Assembly (NCBI GenBank): GCA_963674865.2
Contig: CAXXYE010000009.1
Coordinates: 1,248,001 to 1,312,000 of the forward strand
DNA from: Candidatus Hydrogenedentota bacterium
Lineage (GTDB): Bacteria; Hydrogenedentota; Hydrogenedentia; Hydrogenedentales; SLHB01
DNA length: 64,000 bases
Reading direction: 5' to 3'
The position numbers were made by a program, and so were the translations under genes. Shown here in pieces: positions 1-12,072 of this stretch. The stretch's first letter is position 1. Each line of letters starts with the position of its first letter. Under the pieces are notes generated by a model. That model searched no databases. It had not been told where the DNA came from and saw only the letters and a program-made list of their open reading frames with translations.

Positions 1-11
1 AGCGAGACGCC

Positions 12-2270
<2,259 letters not shown>

Positions 2271-2285
2271 GGGGGAAGGCTTCTG

Positions 2286-2315
2286 CTGCCCGCGGTGACA
2301 TACCGCTGCGGGCAG
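2286..2315. terminator. Hairpin between convergent genes
   Basis: CTGCCCGC...GCGGGCAG stem between the kinase stop and the glutaredoxin stop; no clear U-tract. Confidence 0.4.
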
Positions 2316-2364
2316 AGGGCCTGAGTGAAGCCGCCACGCCAAGATGTCCACCACGTAGGGAATG

Positions 2365-2640
2365 TCACCCGCCCTTGCCGTCTTTCGTAAGTCCGAGGAG
2401 TCGGCGAGCGAAGGCCTCGGAGAAGGGTTGGCCTGGTTCGTAGCCGCGAATCCACTCGCCGTCGATGAGGAGGTATGGCACCCCCTGCTTGCCGGTTGTC
2501 TCTTCGAGTTCCCGCGCGTAGGCGGGAGTCTTCTTGATATCGCGCACCTCGTAGGCGATGCCGTGAGCGTCCATGAACGCCTTGAGTTGTTGGCAGTCGC
2601 CGCACAACTCCGCTGAGTACACGATGATCGTCTTGCTCAT
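2365..2640 (-). CDS. Glutaredoxin/NrdH-like protein
   Basis: IIVYS..CGDC redox motif and GVPYLLIDG cis-Pro loop; ATGA overlap with the MFS gene. Confidence 0.9.
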   Translation of the reverse strand: MSKTIIVYSAELCGDCQQLKAFMDAHGIAYEVRDIKKTPAYARELEETTGKQGVPYLLIDGEWIRGYEPGQPFSEAFARRLLGLTKDGKGG

Positions 2641-4058
2641 GACGTGTCCTTTCCAGAGATGGGCTCGTGGTTTCTATCCGGGGGCCGGGAGCCGGTGGCG
2701 GTCTGGGGGCGATTGCTTTCGTCAAGGCCCACCGTCACCCACAGAATACGTGCCAGTGTCCTCATCGGCAATGCCGGGCTGGCCAGTTGCGTCAAGGAGA
2801 TCTCAAGGGGAGCGCCGTCCCTCACCACCCAGAGACAGGCGGCGGCGCAGGCGAGGCCCGCGAGTCCGGAGATGAGGAAGCAAAGGCGGAAGCCCCAGAG
2901 GGACCAGTCGTTGATGAAGAGGCCGGCCAGAATGGGAGTTATTCCCAGGACAATCGAGGCGCCTACCTGCCACGTGTTTGTGTAGGCGACGCGCCCAGGC
3001 GACTTGACGTAGTTGAGCATGGCTCGATGAGCGGCCATCCAACAGGCTGCGCCGAAGACACCGGACAAGGCCACCAGGGGGGCGATGGCGTAACGCGTCC
3101 ATGGTGCGCCGGGCCAGAGCGTGAGGCAGGCGAGGGCCACAAGAGAGTGGGCCGTCAAGGTGAGGAACATGGCGCGCCCGCTCCCGCTGTGCTCGGCGAA
3201 GCGCGCCCAATACCGGATGGTGAGGAGGATCCCGGCGCTTAGGCCCGTCATGACCGCCATGACGGTGCGAGAGGGGAATCCGAGCGCATCGCGCATGTAG
3301 AGGACGAGGGATGATCCGAGCCAGGAGGTACAGGAGAAGCACAAGGCAGCGGTGGGGACGAAGACGAGAAAGGCGCGATCTCGAAAGACCGCCCGGTACG
3401 AGGCAACGACCGCCGCAGTCGGCTCGATGTCTTGCAGCGCCCGGCCGCCCGGGACGCGCGCCATGCGGACAAGGCTGAACAGGCCTGCGGCAATGCCGAT
3501 TCCGTAAACCAAGAGGAATCGGTTGGGGCCGGGATCCCCGCGCAGAATCAGCGCGAGGGTGAAGGTCACCGCAACGGTTACGAGGTGGATGGCCATCGTC
3601 TCGGCGCTGAAATAGACGCCCCGTTGATTCGGGCGCACAACCTCGTGGAGCCAGGGGAACCAGCCGCCGGCGCCCGTGGCTCTTGCCAGGCAGAAGCCGA
3701 GCGTTGCGGCGAGGAGGACGTACCACGCCGCACGCGGCCCCCAGCGCGCGGTGGCCCACGGCATGGTGAAGACTGAGCAGGCCACCAGGTTGCGAATCAG
3801 CCACGTGGTCAGCATGAGGCGCCTGGGGCCGAAGCGGTTTACGAGCGGCACCGTAAGGGCGACCAGCGTCATGGACAAGGGCATGAAGGACATGAGGAAG
3901 CCGACCCAGGAGGGTGGCATGCCGATCTCTCGGCCGAAAAGGACAAGTACGGAACCGGCTATGCATTGCCAAGAGACGACGTTGATCGCACTGAACAGCA
4001 GGAACTTGCGCGGCGCGCGATCCAGCTCGCGAAATGTCTCGAGAATGGGGATCTGCAA
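2637..4058 (-). CDS. MFS transporter
   Basis: About 12 hydrophobic segments, motif A-like LVNRFGPRR, and PNQRGVYFS. Confidence 0.85.
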   Translation of the reverse strand: MQIPILETFRELDRAPRKFLLFSAINVVSWQCIAGSVLVLFGREIGMPPSWVGFLMSFMPLSMTLVALTVPLVNRFGPRRLMLTTWLIRNLVACSVFTMPWATARWGPRAAWYVLLAATLGFCLARATGAGGWFPWLHEVVRPNQRGVYFSAETMAIHLVTVAVTFTLALILRGDPGPNRFLLVYGIGIAAGLFSLVRMARVPGGRALQDIEPTAAVVASYRAVFRDRAFLVFVPTAALCFSCTSWLGSSLVLYMRDALGFPSRTVMAVMTGLSAGILLTIRYWARFAEHSGSGRAMFLTLTAHSLVALACLTLWPGAPWTRYAIAPLVALSGVFGAACWMAAHRAMLNYVKSPGRVAYTNTWQVGASIVLGITPILAGLFINDWSLWGFRLCFLISGLAGLACAAACLWVVRDGAPLEISLTQLASPALPMRTLARILWVTVGLDESNRPQTATGSRPPDRNHEPISGKDTS

Positions 4059-4114
4059 TGCGCGAAAACCTCGGTCTTCGGTGTTCAGGCAGGCCGCGCC
4101 AAACCTGAAGCCGG

Positions 4115-4146
4115 CATCCCTGCCCGGCTTGGGCCGGGCAGGGATG
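4115..4146. repeat. Perfect 14-bp GC-rich intergenic hairpin
   Basis: CATCCCTGCCCGGC-TTGG-GCCGGGCAGGGATG between the DapA-like and MFS genes. Confidence 0.7.
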
Positions 4147-4176
4147 GATAGAGTCGGCTCTTAAGCCCGCTATGCG

Positions 4177-5157
4177 CTAATACTTGGCCAATTCCGCTTC
4201 AAGAAGCGTCTTATAGGCTGTGTAGGTTTCATCGTTGAAGGGGACGCGGCTGCGGCCATACGGGTGATTCTTCATCCCGCGCGCCGTGGGCCCCACAGGG
4301 AACCCGCTCTCCGTAGCCATGCGTTTCATCACGCCGGCCGAGTACGGACACTTCGCAACGAGCAGATCCGTCGAGTCCTGGGCCTCGAGGACACCGTCGT
4401 GATCGCCCGCCTCAAAGCGGTGCAGGACGGCGTTGAGGATCTTGGGATAGAGGTTGCATCCCTGCCCGATAACGGCCCGCGAGCCCGCGTACAAGGTGGC
4501 ATAGTAGAGCATCTCCGCGCCGGTGATGACATGAAACTCCTTGCCTGCCGCGGCGCGAATCATGGTGTATATGTAGTAGCCGTCCTTGGTGGAGATCTTG
4601 ATGCCGAACAAATTGGGCAGGTCGGCCAGGCGGGCCAGCAGTTCGGGCGTTACCTGGACCTCCGTCGGGATCGGCGGCTGGTAGGCTACGACAGGGACGC
4701 TGACGGCTTGACAGACGGTTTCGAAATACCGCGAGTAGGCATCGTCCTTATCGACGCCATCGGGCGCAGCCAATGCCTCGGGAATCGTCAGGACAACGCC
4801 GTCCGCGCCGAGCCCCTCCGCGTATTGACTCAGCTCGACGGCCTGTTGGGTGTAAACCTCCGGGTCGGGCCGATGATCGGCGCTGCGGTCGCCGTCCCAA
4901 ATGCCCGAGCAATTCATGATGACGGGCGCCTTGCCGGTTAGGTGCTCGATGGCCGTCTTGGCCACGGCGCGCACGTCTTCGTACTCGTAGGTGTACATCT
5001 GGCCCATGCCGGCGCGGACGAAGTAGGTGTGAACCTCCCCCGACTGGAGCATGAAGTCGAAGAGATTTCGCTGGCCGTCCGGGTCGAAGCTCTCATCCTC
5101 GTTGAAACAGGTGTAACAAGGCGCGATATTGCCGTAAATGAACTCGGGCACTTTCAT
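4177..5157 (-). CDS. Dihydrodipicolinate synthase (DapA/NAL) family class I aldolase-like protein
   Basis: GADGVVL, VAYQPP (Tyr) and NLFGIKIS (Schiff-base Lys); the usual GxxGE motif reads AGMGQ. Confidence 0.85.
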   Translation of the reverse strand: MKVPEFIYGNIAPCYTCFNEDESFDPDGQRNLFDFMLQSGEVHTYFVRAGMGQMYTYEYEDVRAVAKTAIEHLTGKAPVIMNCSGIWDGDRSADHRPDPEVYTQQAVELSQYAEGLGADGVVLTIPEALAAPDGVDKDDAYSRYFETVCQAVSVPVVAYQPPIPTEVQVTPELLARLADLPNLFGIKISTKDGYYIYTMIRAAAGKEFHVITGAEMLYYATLYAGSRAVIGQGCNLYPKILNAVLHRFEAGDHDGVLEAQDSTDLLVAKCPYSAGVMKRMATESGFPVGPTARGMKNHPYGRSRVPFNDETYTAYKTLLEAELAKY

Positions 5158-5172
5158 CGAGATTTCCTTTCC

Positions 5173-6375
5173 TTATACTTTGCCGTCAAAGCGGCCGTAA
5201 CGTTGGATCGTCGCCATGGCGAGACGCATGCTTGTCAGGCGCGTACCGTTATTGATGGAGCCCGCCGTGGCCCAAGACAGGCCCCGCTTCTCGCGAGTCA
5301 TCTCGAAATCGCGGAGGAATTCGAGCACGATGTTTTCCTCCTCGTTTCGGCTGTACGTGAAGGGGGCAAGTGCCCCGCGGATGACGGCCCGGGGCAAGTG
5401 TCGTCGTATTTCATCGGGCATTACCGTAGGGCCGAAATTGCATGACGTCAAGTCGAGCTTCCCGAGTACCGGGAGCAAATGGCCCATTGGCGAGTCCGAA
5501 TGCTGATGGCGGCCGTCCTCGGGATCCGGCGAATAGCGTTCGAACATCCCCTTCAAGACGGGATAGCCGAACAGTTCGTACATGTCCGGCTTGAGGAGGC
5601 AGCAGTTGTCGTCCGCAAAGCCGAAGCCATGGGGGGCTGTTTCCGGCGTATAGCCGGCCTCTTCGTCCAACACGCGGCCGATCTCGAGCATGGTATCCAA
5701 GATAACTTGGCTGAAACGCGCGGCGAGATCCGGATTCGTCATGATGAGAAAGACAAGGTTCTCCGGGCCGTAGATGGACGCTGCGAAGGTGACAGGGCCG
5801 CGTTGGCCGCGGTACAGAGGCGACTTGATGCCGAGCGCCGTGAGGCGTTCCTTTTCCTGCTCCCAGTTTTCGGGGAGAATGAAGGCGCGTATGTCTTTGG
5901 CCTCGACGCGGTCGAGGAGGGCTTCCAACTCGTCCTCATCATGGGCCGACTGATGGAGCCACCAGGACTGGCCGTGCCACTCGTTCTTCGCCTCAAACAC
6001 ATCGTGGAGCTTCTTCGTTTCAGGATACTTGAGATTCGGGTCGGTGCGCTCCTCGCTAAGGATGCGACGCCCGACGATTTGCTCGGCCTTGTCGTTATAG
6101 GCCTTGGAAAGTTCGAGGCGCCAATCCCCATCGTGGCCAAAGCGCCAGTGATCTTCCTCGACGCCCAGTTCGTCGAAAACGCATTCTCCGTTCAGGATGG
6201 CCCCGAAATGCACCTGGGGGATGTCATCACCGAAGGGATCCTTCTTTGCCTCTTCGTGGTCGGCCCAGAAATGCTCGAGGTCCACAGGGGCGAGCCCACC
6301 GTTGGCGTGAGTGTCCCGTACCAATTCCTTGGCCATTTCAACGTGTTCCCGGCGATACGGTGTGTTTACAGACAT
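5173..6375 (-). CDS. Uroporphyrinogen decarboxylase (URO-D)/MtaA-like superfamily protein
   Basis: RGPVTFAASIYG, ADDNCCLLKPDMYELFGYP, HQHSDS and IRGALAP fit the URO-D-like barrel pattern. Confidence 0.7.
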   Translation of the reverse strand: MSVNTPYRREHVEMAKELVRDTHANGGLAPVDLEHFWADHEEAKKDPFGDDIPQVHFGAILNGECVFDELGVEEDHWRFGHDGDWRLELSKAYNDKAEQIVGRRILSEERTDPNLKYPETKKLHDVFEAKNEWHGQSWWLHQSAHDEDELEALLDRVEAKDIRAFILPENWEQEKERLTALGIKSPLYRGQRGPVTFAASIYGPENLVFLIMTNPDLAARFSQVILDTMLEIGRVLDEEAGYTPETAPHGFGFADDNCCLLKPDMYELFGYPVLKGMFERYSPDPEDGRHQHSDSPMGHLLPVLGKLDLTSCNFGPTVMPDEIRRHLPRAVIRGALAPFTYSRNEEENIVLEFLRDFEMTREKRGLSWATAGSINNGTRLTSMRLAMATIQRYGRFDGKV

Positions 6376-6573
6376 CAGTACAGCGCTGCTCCTTTAGTGA
6401 GTAAGATTCATAGAACCAACGAGGCGGGCGCCATTTCCATTTCCATGTGCCGCGGCGCCGAGACACGTGAAAACGGGACGGATTGCGTCAGGGAGTCTCC
6501 CAAGACAACCTCCATCGGCATAGGACTTTTCCCTTCATGGAGATGGTTTGTCAGCCAGGCGCCGCGAAACGCG

Positions 6574-6602
6574 ATTATAGGCGCTTGTGTTGTGCCATAC
6601 AA
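6574..6602 (-). promoter_or_regulatory. Putative sigma70 promoter of the URO-D/DapA/MFS/Grx operon
   Basis: TTGTAT-N17-TATAAT on the - strand, about 190 nt upstream of the ATG at 6375. Confidence 0.55.
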
Positions 6603-6641
6603 AACATGGCCGCGCAATGGCTGAGAGGAGGCAGAAACTGC

Positions 6642-7658
6642 TCAGTCCGCGAATTTTCGGCGGACGAGGAGGTAGATGAAGAACGGCCCTCCGATGAGCG
6701 AGGTGACGATCCCGATGGGCGTCTCGCCCGGCAGCATCACCCGGGCCACGATGTCGCAGCAGCAGAGGAATCCCGCCCCCGCCAGGAGACTGAGCGGCAT
6801 CAGGATCCGGTGACGCGATCCGACAAATGTCCTTACCGCGTGGGGGGTGATGAGGCCGACGAATCCTATGGGCCCGACCTCGGAGACGATTACCGCCGTC
6901 ATCAGTGAGCCGACAACGAACGTGACGGCTTGGAGCCGCTTGACGTTGACGCCGCGTCCCGCCGCCAATTCCGCCCCGAAGCCAAGTTGATCAAACTTGG
7001 CGGCCTGCGCCAGCAGCACCACGGCGCACGGCGTCACGCTGAGCAAGAGCACGAGTACCGGATCGAATCCTATGACGTCCACGCCGCCCATGAGCCAGCG
7101 CTCCATGGTGACTAGGTGTTCCGGCCTGGCCAGATGCCGCATGAACATGATGCCTGAGCCGGCCAGCATGTTGAGCGTCACGCCGGCCAGCAGCAGCACC
7201 GTGGGCGATACGCGGGACTTGCGGACGGCGAGGCCGTAAATCAGCAAGACGTCCGCCACGGCGAATGCGAATGCGAACGCCTGCACGGTGCCGAAGCTGA
7301 GAAAGGTCACCGATGTCCCGAGCGCGAACACATGGGCCACGTACGCGCCGAGCGACCCCGCGCTTGCGACGCCGAGGGTGTAGGGCGTGGCCAATGGATT
7401 GCGCAGCAGGGCCTGGAAGGAACAGCCCGCGAGGGCGAGGCCGGCGCCGGCCAACAGGGCCGTCAACGTGCGCGGCATCCGCTGGTTGATGAACACGCTC
7501 AGTGTGGGTGCCTCGGGGAGCGGAATGCCCGCCCGCCATTCCCGCCAGGCCTGCGCCGCACTCAACGATTCAGAGCCTACCAGGACGCTGGCGACGACCG
7601 CGGCGAGGGCGAACGCGGCGAGGAGCCAACCTAGCCGGATGCGGAACGCGTCCCTCAT
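6642..7658 (-). CDS. FecCD/BtuC-family ABC transporter permease
   Basis: RMPRTL...FQALLRNPLATPYTLGV and GPIGFVGLITPH; ATG at 7658 overlaps the ATPase stop (ATGA). Confidence 0.93.
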   Translation of the reverse strand: MRDAFRIRLGWLLAAFALAAVVASVLVGSESLSAAQAWREWRAGIPLPEAPTLSVFINQRMPRTLTALLAGAGLALAGCSFQALLRNPLATPYTLGVASAGSLGAYVAHVFALGTSVTFLSFGTVQAFAFAFAVADVLLIYGLAVRKSRVSPTVLLLAGVTLNMLAGSGIMFMRHLARPEHLVTMERWLMGGVDVIGFDPVLVLLLSVTPCAVVLLAQAAKFDQLGFGAELAAGRGVNVKRLQAVTFVVGSLMTAVIVSEVGPIGFVGLITPHAVRTFVGSRHRILMPLSLLAGAGFLCCCDIVARVMLPGETPIGIVTSLIGGPFFIYLLVRRKFAD

Positions 7659-8455
7659 CGTGACCTCGCCTCCGGCACTTCCGCGCACACAAGCGGCGTG
7701 TGCGTGATGGGGTGATCCGCAACCTGGATGGGCGCCGCGTAGGCCGAGGACAGGAGCTTCTCCGTCAGGACGGCCTCAGGTGCGCCGGACGCCACGAGTC
7801 CTGTTCTCTCACCGAGTAGGAATAGGTTATCGCAGAATTGCGCGGCGTGGTTCAGGTCGTGCGTTACCACGCCGACGCCGTAGCCTTCCGCGGCGAGTTG
7901 CCGGAGGAGCACAAAGATGTGCACCTGGTGGTGAATGTCCAAGGCCGAGGTCGGCTCGTCGAGCAGGAGGAGTTCGGGCTCCTGCGCGAGGATACTTGCC
8001 AGGAGAACGCGCTGGCGCTCGCCGCCTGATAGCGTCGAGAAATCGCGATCCCGCAGGCCCTCTGTTTCTGTATCGCGCATGCAGCGGGCGGCGACCTCTT
8101 TGTCGTGTGGACGCAGGCCCGCCAAGGGCCCGGCCCGTGGATACCGGCCCAGGCAAACCACCTCGAAGGCAGACAATACGAACACGGGATCCACCGATTG
8201 GGGAAGGAATCCTACGACGCGGGCTCTCTCAATGCTGGACAGGCCGTCCAGCATCGCACCGTCGAGAAGCACACGCCCCGCGTGTGGCTTCAGCAGGCCG
8301 CAAAGAACGCGGAGCAGCGTGCTCTTGCCCGAGCCGTTCGGCCCGACGATTCCCGTGACGCCGCCGCTGGCTACGGCGGCGGACACATCGTGGAACACGT
8401 CCGCGCCTGACTCGTAAGCAAAGGCGACACCCTCGGCCTTGAGGCAGCGGCTCAT
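7655..8455 (-). CDS. Cobalamin/Fe-siderophore ABC transporter ATP-binding protein
   Basis: Walker A GPNGSGKS, signature LSGGERQR, Walker B LLLLDEPT and H-loop; start placed at ATG 8455 (ATGA coupling). Confidence 0.95.
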   Translation of the reverse strand: MSRCLKAEGVAFAYESGADVFHDVSAAVASGGVTGIVGPNGSGKSTLLRVLCGLLKPHAGRVLLDGAMLDGLSSIERARVVGFLPQSVDPVFVLSAFEVVCLGRYPRAGPLAGLRPHDKEVAARCMRDTETEGLRDRDFSTLSGGERQRVLLASILAQEPELLLLDEPTSALDIHHQVHIFVLLRQLAAEGYGVGVVTHDLNHAAQFCDNLFLLGERTGLVASGAPEAVLTEKLLSSAYAAPIQVADHPITHTPLVCAEVPEARSR

Positions 8456-9381
8456 GGCTTCGGCGCGGCTCCCTCGGGATGGAGAAGGGCGGCGAGGAGG
8501 CGTGCAATCTCTGCCACTCGTGGGCCCGGGCGCATCGCGTGGGACTCGGTGATGAGATGGACGCGCCCGTTGCGGACGGCCGGTAAGGACGGGAGCTGCT
8601 CCCAATCCGCCACGTACCGCTTGGATTCGTCGTCGCTCAACTCCTCCCCGGCGTGGAATTCGAGGATAATGTCCGGGGCTCGAACAACCACGGTCTCTTT
8701 CGAGGCTTCGAGATAAGGCTGATCCGCGTCGCCATAGATGTTCTCGCCTCCCGCCACGGCGAGCAGCTCAGATAGAAAGGACGGGCCGCCAACGGTGTAC
8801 AAGGTGTTTAAGTTATGATCTTGCCGCGCCGTGATGAGGAGAACCTTTGGATGCGGGAGCCCCTTTACGCTTTCCCGCACGCTCTCCAGCTCGTTCTCAA
8901 TGCGGCTATTCAGCACCTCTGCTTCCGTGGGACATCCGAGGGCTTGTCCAATCGTCAGAACGCCTTCGTAGACGGTGTCGAGGCTGTCCATGTCCACGTG
9001 GGCGATGGGAATGCCATTCTTCTCGCAGAGCTCGGCCATCACCGAATGCTTGCCCTGAACGATGATCAACTCGGGATTGAGTAGGGTGATCTTCTCGAGG
9101 TCCGGATCGATGTGGCCTCCAACGTGCGGAAGCGCGGCAATGGCCGGCGGGTAGTCGCAGAAGGAGCTTACAGCGACCACGCGATCTCCCGCGCCAAGGG
9201 CGAAGACGGTTTCCGTGATGTTGGGCGCAAACGTGATAACGCCCTTACGCTGCAAGGAGCCTGCCTTGCCGGGATTGCACCCTGCCAGCAGATACGCCGA
9301 GATCAGCAATACCGCGACGGTTACGGCAAAGCAGGGCAGGGCTCCGCGAGTGCATTTTGCAGGATACGCCGGATGTGCCAT
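8452..9381 (-). CDS. BtuF/FecB-like substrate-binding lipoprotein
   Basis: Lipobox LLAGC, APNITETVFALGAGDRVVAVSSFCDYP, PDLEKI and RPGPRV; RBS GAAGGGGA before ATG 9381. Confidence 0.9.
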   Translation of the reverse strand: MAHPAYPAKCTRGALPCFAVTVAVLLISAYLLAGCNPGKAGSLQRKGVITFAPNITETVFALGAGDRVVAVSSFCDYPPAIAALPHVGGHIDPDLEKITLLNPELIIVQGKHSVMAELCEKNGIPIAHVDMDSLDTVYEGVLTIGQALGCPTEAEVLNSRIENELESVRESVKGLPHPKVLLITARQDHNLNTLYTVGGPSFLSELLAVAGGENIYGDADQPYLEASKETVVVRAPDIILEFHAGEELSDDESKRYVADWEQLPSLPAVRNGRVHLITESHAMRPGPRVAEIARLLAALLHPEGAAPKP

Positions 9382-9419
9382 ATCCCCTTCTTCACGCTGG
9401 CGGCGTTTCATCTACACGG

Positions 9420-10280
9420 CTACTTCAGCTTGGCTACGCGTTCACGCACTTCCGCGGCGAAGCGCTCGATGTGCTCCTCGATATGCGTCAGGGGGTCCTT
9501 CGTCGTGTCTTCCAGCAAGACGGAGAGATCCATGGCGAAGTTCGTCCCAGTCGTGGCGTCCACGCCGTGGGACTCGAAATATGTGGCGTGGGCTCTGCGG
9601 CGGCCAAGCGTGGCGAGGTCGTAGCGCTTTCCCCCGCACACTTGCGAGTCGAATACGCCCAGAAGCGCCGCCTGGAGGTTTTCGTGGCCTGAGCAGTCGA
9701 AAACGGTTTTATCGGCGTCAGTCATCCAGTCGAGATCCCGCCATACCTCGCAGCCGAACAGCCGCTTGGGCCTTTGCTCGGCGGGCAGGCGCCGCGCCGC
9801 CTCGATGACGCGAAGGGTGACGGCCACGTGTGTGTCATGCTTATCGGCGAGGTTATGCGTGTAAATAACCTCCGGCCGCGCCGCCGCCAGGATGGCGCCG
9901 ATATCCGCGAGCGGGCCGTCGTTGTTCGGATCCTTCACCGCCGAACTCGGGAAATCCAGCAAGACTTGCGCCGCGTATTCTCCCACGACGGCCGCCTTCT
10001 TCTGTTCTCCGGCGCGAATCTCGCGCATGGCGTCGTCGGTGTAATCGCGGTAGACATCATCCCGGGGCGAGCCGCTACCATTCGTCACGGTAACGCCGGT
10101 GTACCACCTGTCAGGCTGCTGGAAACACGCGAGAATGCCCTCAAATGACATGATCTCGAGATCATCCTGATGGGCGCCGAAGCCGAGATGAGTTGTACGC
10201 GCCAGTGCCTGCCCTGCCGGGACGCCGTCCGGCACAAATACCGACGCCGTAGCGCTCTTGAAAGCCACTTGCTGCTCCAT
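9420..10280 (-). CDS. PIG-L/LmbE-family deacetylase
   Basis: AHQDDLEI metal motif and DKHDTH second motif; RBS GGAGA before ATG 10280. Confidence 0.9.
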   Translation of the reverse strand: MEQQVAFKSATASVFVPDGVPAGQALARTTHLGFGAHQDDLEIMSFEGILACFQQPDRWYTGVTVTNGSGSPRDDVYRDYTDDAMREIRAGEQKKAAVVGEYAAQVLLDFPSSAVKDPNNDGPLADIGAILAAARPEVIYTHNLADKHDTHVAVTLRVIEAARRLPAEQRPKRLFGCEVWRDLDWMTDADKTVFDCSGHENLQAALLGVFDSQVCGGKRYDLATLGRRRAHATYFESHGVDATTGTNFAMDLSVLLEDTTKDPLTHIEEHIERFAAEVRERVAKLK

Positions 10281-10320
10281 AACAACTGTCTCCACAACGT
10301 ATTGGGCCGTGGGGCCGTGT

Positions 10321-11718
10321 CTAATCCAATGAGGGAAGGCTGGCCGCGGCGATCGATTGGCCCACGCGGCGGGCCTGCTCGTCCGGCAACTGGATGTTGA
10401 CTGATGCCGCCAGTTCCGGGAACTCGCTCGCCAGGACTTCCTTCGCGCCGTCGACGATCAGTGTTCCGCCCGTGCCGGACGTACACCGCCCGAGAACGAG
10501 CACATGCTTGAGGTCGTAGAAATCGGCGTAATGAGCGATGGCGTAGCCCATGTAATAGCCCATGGACTCCCAGATCTTCCTCGCGCCCTCATGGCCGGCT
10601 TCGAGCTTCTCCTGGACGGCCTTGAGCCGCTCGGCGTCCGTGACGTCGCTTGGGAGCTCGATCCCCGCCTTCGGCGCAAGGCGGAACACGCACTGCTGTG
10701 AAAAGTACAGCGCGCCCACGCCCTTGTCGCCCGACCACTCATCCGCCGGCGCCTCGGGACTGTAATCCACCGGCGCGAACGCCAACTCGTTCAGCCAGCC
10801 CGTGATGTTGCCGTCCATCGTGACGTATCCACCGGCCTCGCTCGAGCCGAGCGCAATGCCGAGGACGCCGTTATCCTCAAGGGACATGGAGCCGGCCAGG
10901 GCCGTAACCTCGCCGTCATTCACGATCTCGAGCGGCACGCCCATCTCATCCCGAATGCGCAGGAAAAGGTTCTTGACGTTGTCGAAGCGCTCCTTGGGCA
11001 CGCCGCGGAAGAGCGAGGCGATCATGGCGCGATTGTTGATGTACACCCCCGCCGAGCTGCCGCCAATGGCGTCAACGCGAGGCATCTTCTCCGCCGCCGA
11101 ACGCAGGCTCTGCATAACCTGCTCATAGTGATAGGCGGGATCGCTCTGTTTGCGAGGCTCCCATATGACCTCCTCGCTGAACACCGCTCCGCCGTCCACC
11201 ACGGCCGATACCTTGCGATCGGACGCCCCCAGATCGAAGCCGATGCGACACCCGTCCAGATGCCTGCCAAGAGGCCGCGTGGCCTCCTGCTCATCCGGAA
11301 CGGCTTCGGGCGAACAAGACACCACCGTAAAGGTGTGTTCGTAAACGTCTTCACCCATGAAATGAAAGTCGAACTCGCGCTCGCCGTCGGGCGCATAGCA
11401 CTTCGCCAGGTAGTCTCCGATGCCGCATGGGCCGCCGACGTATACCTTCCAGCCTCCGCGCTGCCACAAGAGGAACTTCAGCAGCCGCTCGGCGTACATC
11501 AGATTGGCGCCGGCGCGCGGATGCCCGTCCGGAAACACCTGCGTTTCGTAGCGCGACACGGAACCGTCGCTGCGCTCGAGTCCGAGGACAAGGGGCGCCC
11601 CCTCGCCTGAATCCGCCACTTCCTTCAAGAAAGCGCGGTTCGCCAACACGGCGGGCCGGAATCCCTGATCCAACGGCGGGAGAAACCGAGGCTCAACAAG
11701 CTTGAAATCCTGTAACAT
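10321..11718 (-). CDS. ROK family protein (sugar kinase-like, with an N-terminal extension)
   Basis: IGFDLGASDRK, IVNDGEVTALAG and LGIALGSSEAGG. Confidence 0.85.
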   Translation of the reverse strand: MLQDFKLVEPRFLPPLDQGFRPAVLANRAFLKEVADSGEGAPLVLGLERSDGSVSRYETQVFPDGHPRAGANLMYAERLLKFLLWQRGGWKVYVGGPCGIGDYLAKCYAPDGEREFDFHFMGEDVYEHTFTVVSCSPEAVPDEQEATRPLGRHLDGCRIGFDLGASDRKVSAVVDGGAVFSEEVIWEPRKQSDPAYHYEQVMQSLRSAAEKMPRVDAIGGSSAGVYINNRAMIASLFRGVPKERFDNVKNLFLRIRDEMGVPLEIVNDGEVTALAGSMSLEDNGVLGIALGSSEAGGYVTMDGNITGWLNELAFAPVDYSPEAPADEWSGDKGVGALYFSQQCVFRLAPKAGIELPSDVTDAERLKAVQEKLEAGHEGARKIWESMGYYMGYAIAHYADFYDLKHVLVLGRCTSGTGGTLIVDGAKEVLASEFPELAASVNIQLPDEQARRVGQSIAAASLPSLD

Positions 11719-11806
11719 CAGCGCAAAATCCTTAGATCTTGAGGGAAAACGGTGAATCGAACATCGGCACTATAACACAACCTAAGATCGCACTGAAAAC
11801 GCCGGC

Positions 11807-12072
11807 TCTCGTTCCCACCGCATGTAAGCATAGCCACAGATAGACACCGATGCGGCCCCATAGACGGCTGAATCCCGGCCCTGCAAGGGCCTTGCATACC
11901 AGCCCGGCGCAACGCGCCGGGAAACAGCCGCATTACACCGTTCAAGCCCTGGAGGGGCGCGACATGGGAGGGTCACGCTCCTGCGTGACCACAGACGCAC
12001 CAAGTCCTATCCGGCCAATCAAACCCATCACCCGAGACGCGTTTGGAGTTCAAGCTTCAGCTTGAAAACGCG
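11807..12072. repeat. Cluster of REP-like palindromes
   Basis: GGCCCT-GCA-AGGGCC (11877-11891), CCCGGCGC-AAC-GCGCCGGG (11903-11921), GGTCACGC-TCCT-GCGTGACC (11971-11990), TTCAAGC-TTCA-GCTTGAA (12049-12066), plus the half-site TCTCGTTCCCA (11807-11817). Confidence 0.65.

Noticed and set aside
6408..6617. 69-aa ORF upstream of the URO-D-like gene
   Set aside because: It overlaps the predicted promoter, has no RBS and has no recognisable protein features.
2803..6624. Long alternative ORFs such as 2803-3972 (-) and 5479-6624 (+)
   Set aside because: Shadow or antisense frames of well-supported genes, expected in GC-rich DNA, with no recognisable motifs. The same applies to 15498-16409, 17256-18095 and 46568-47467.
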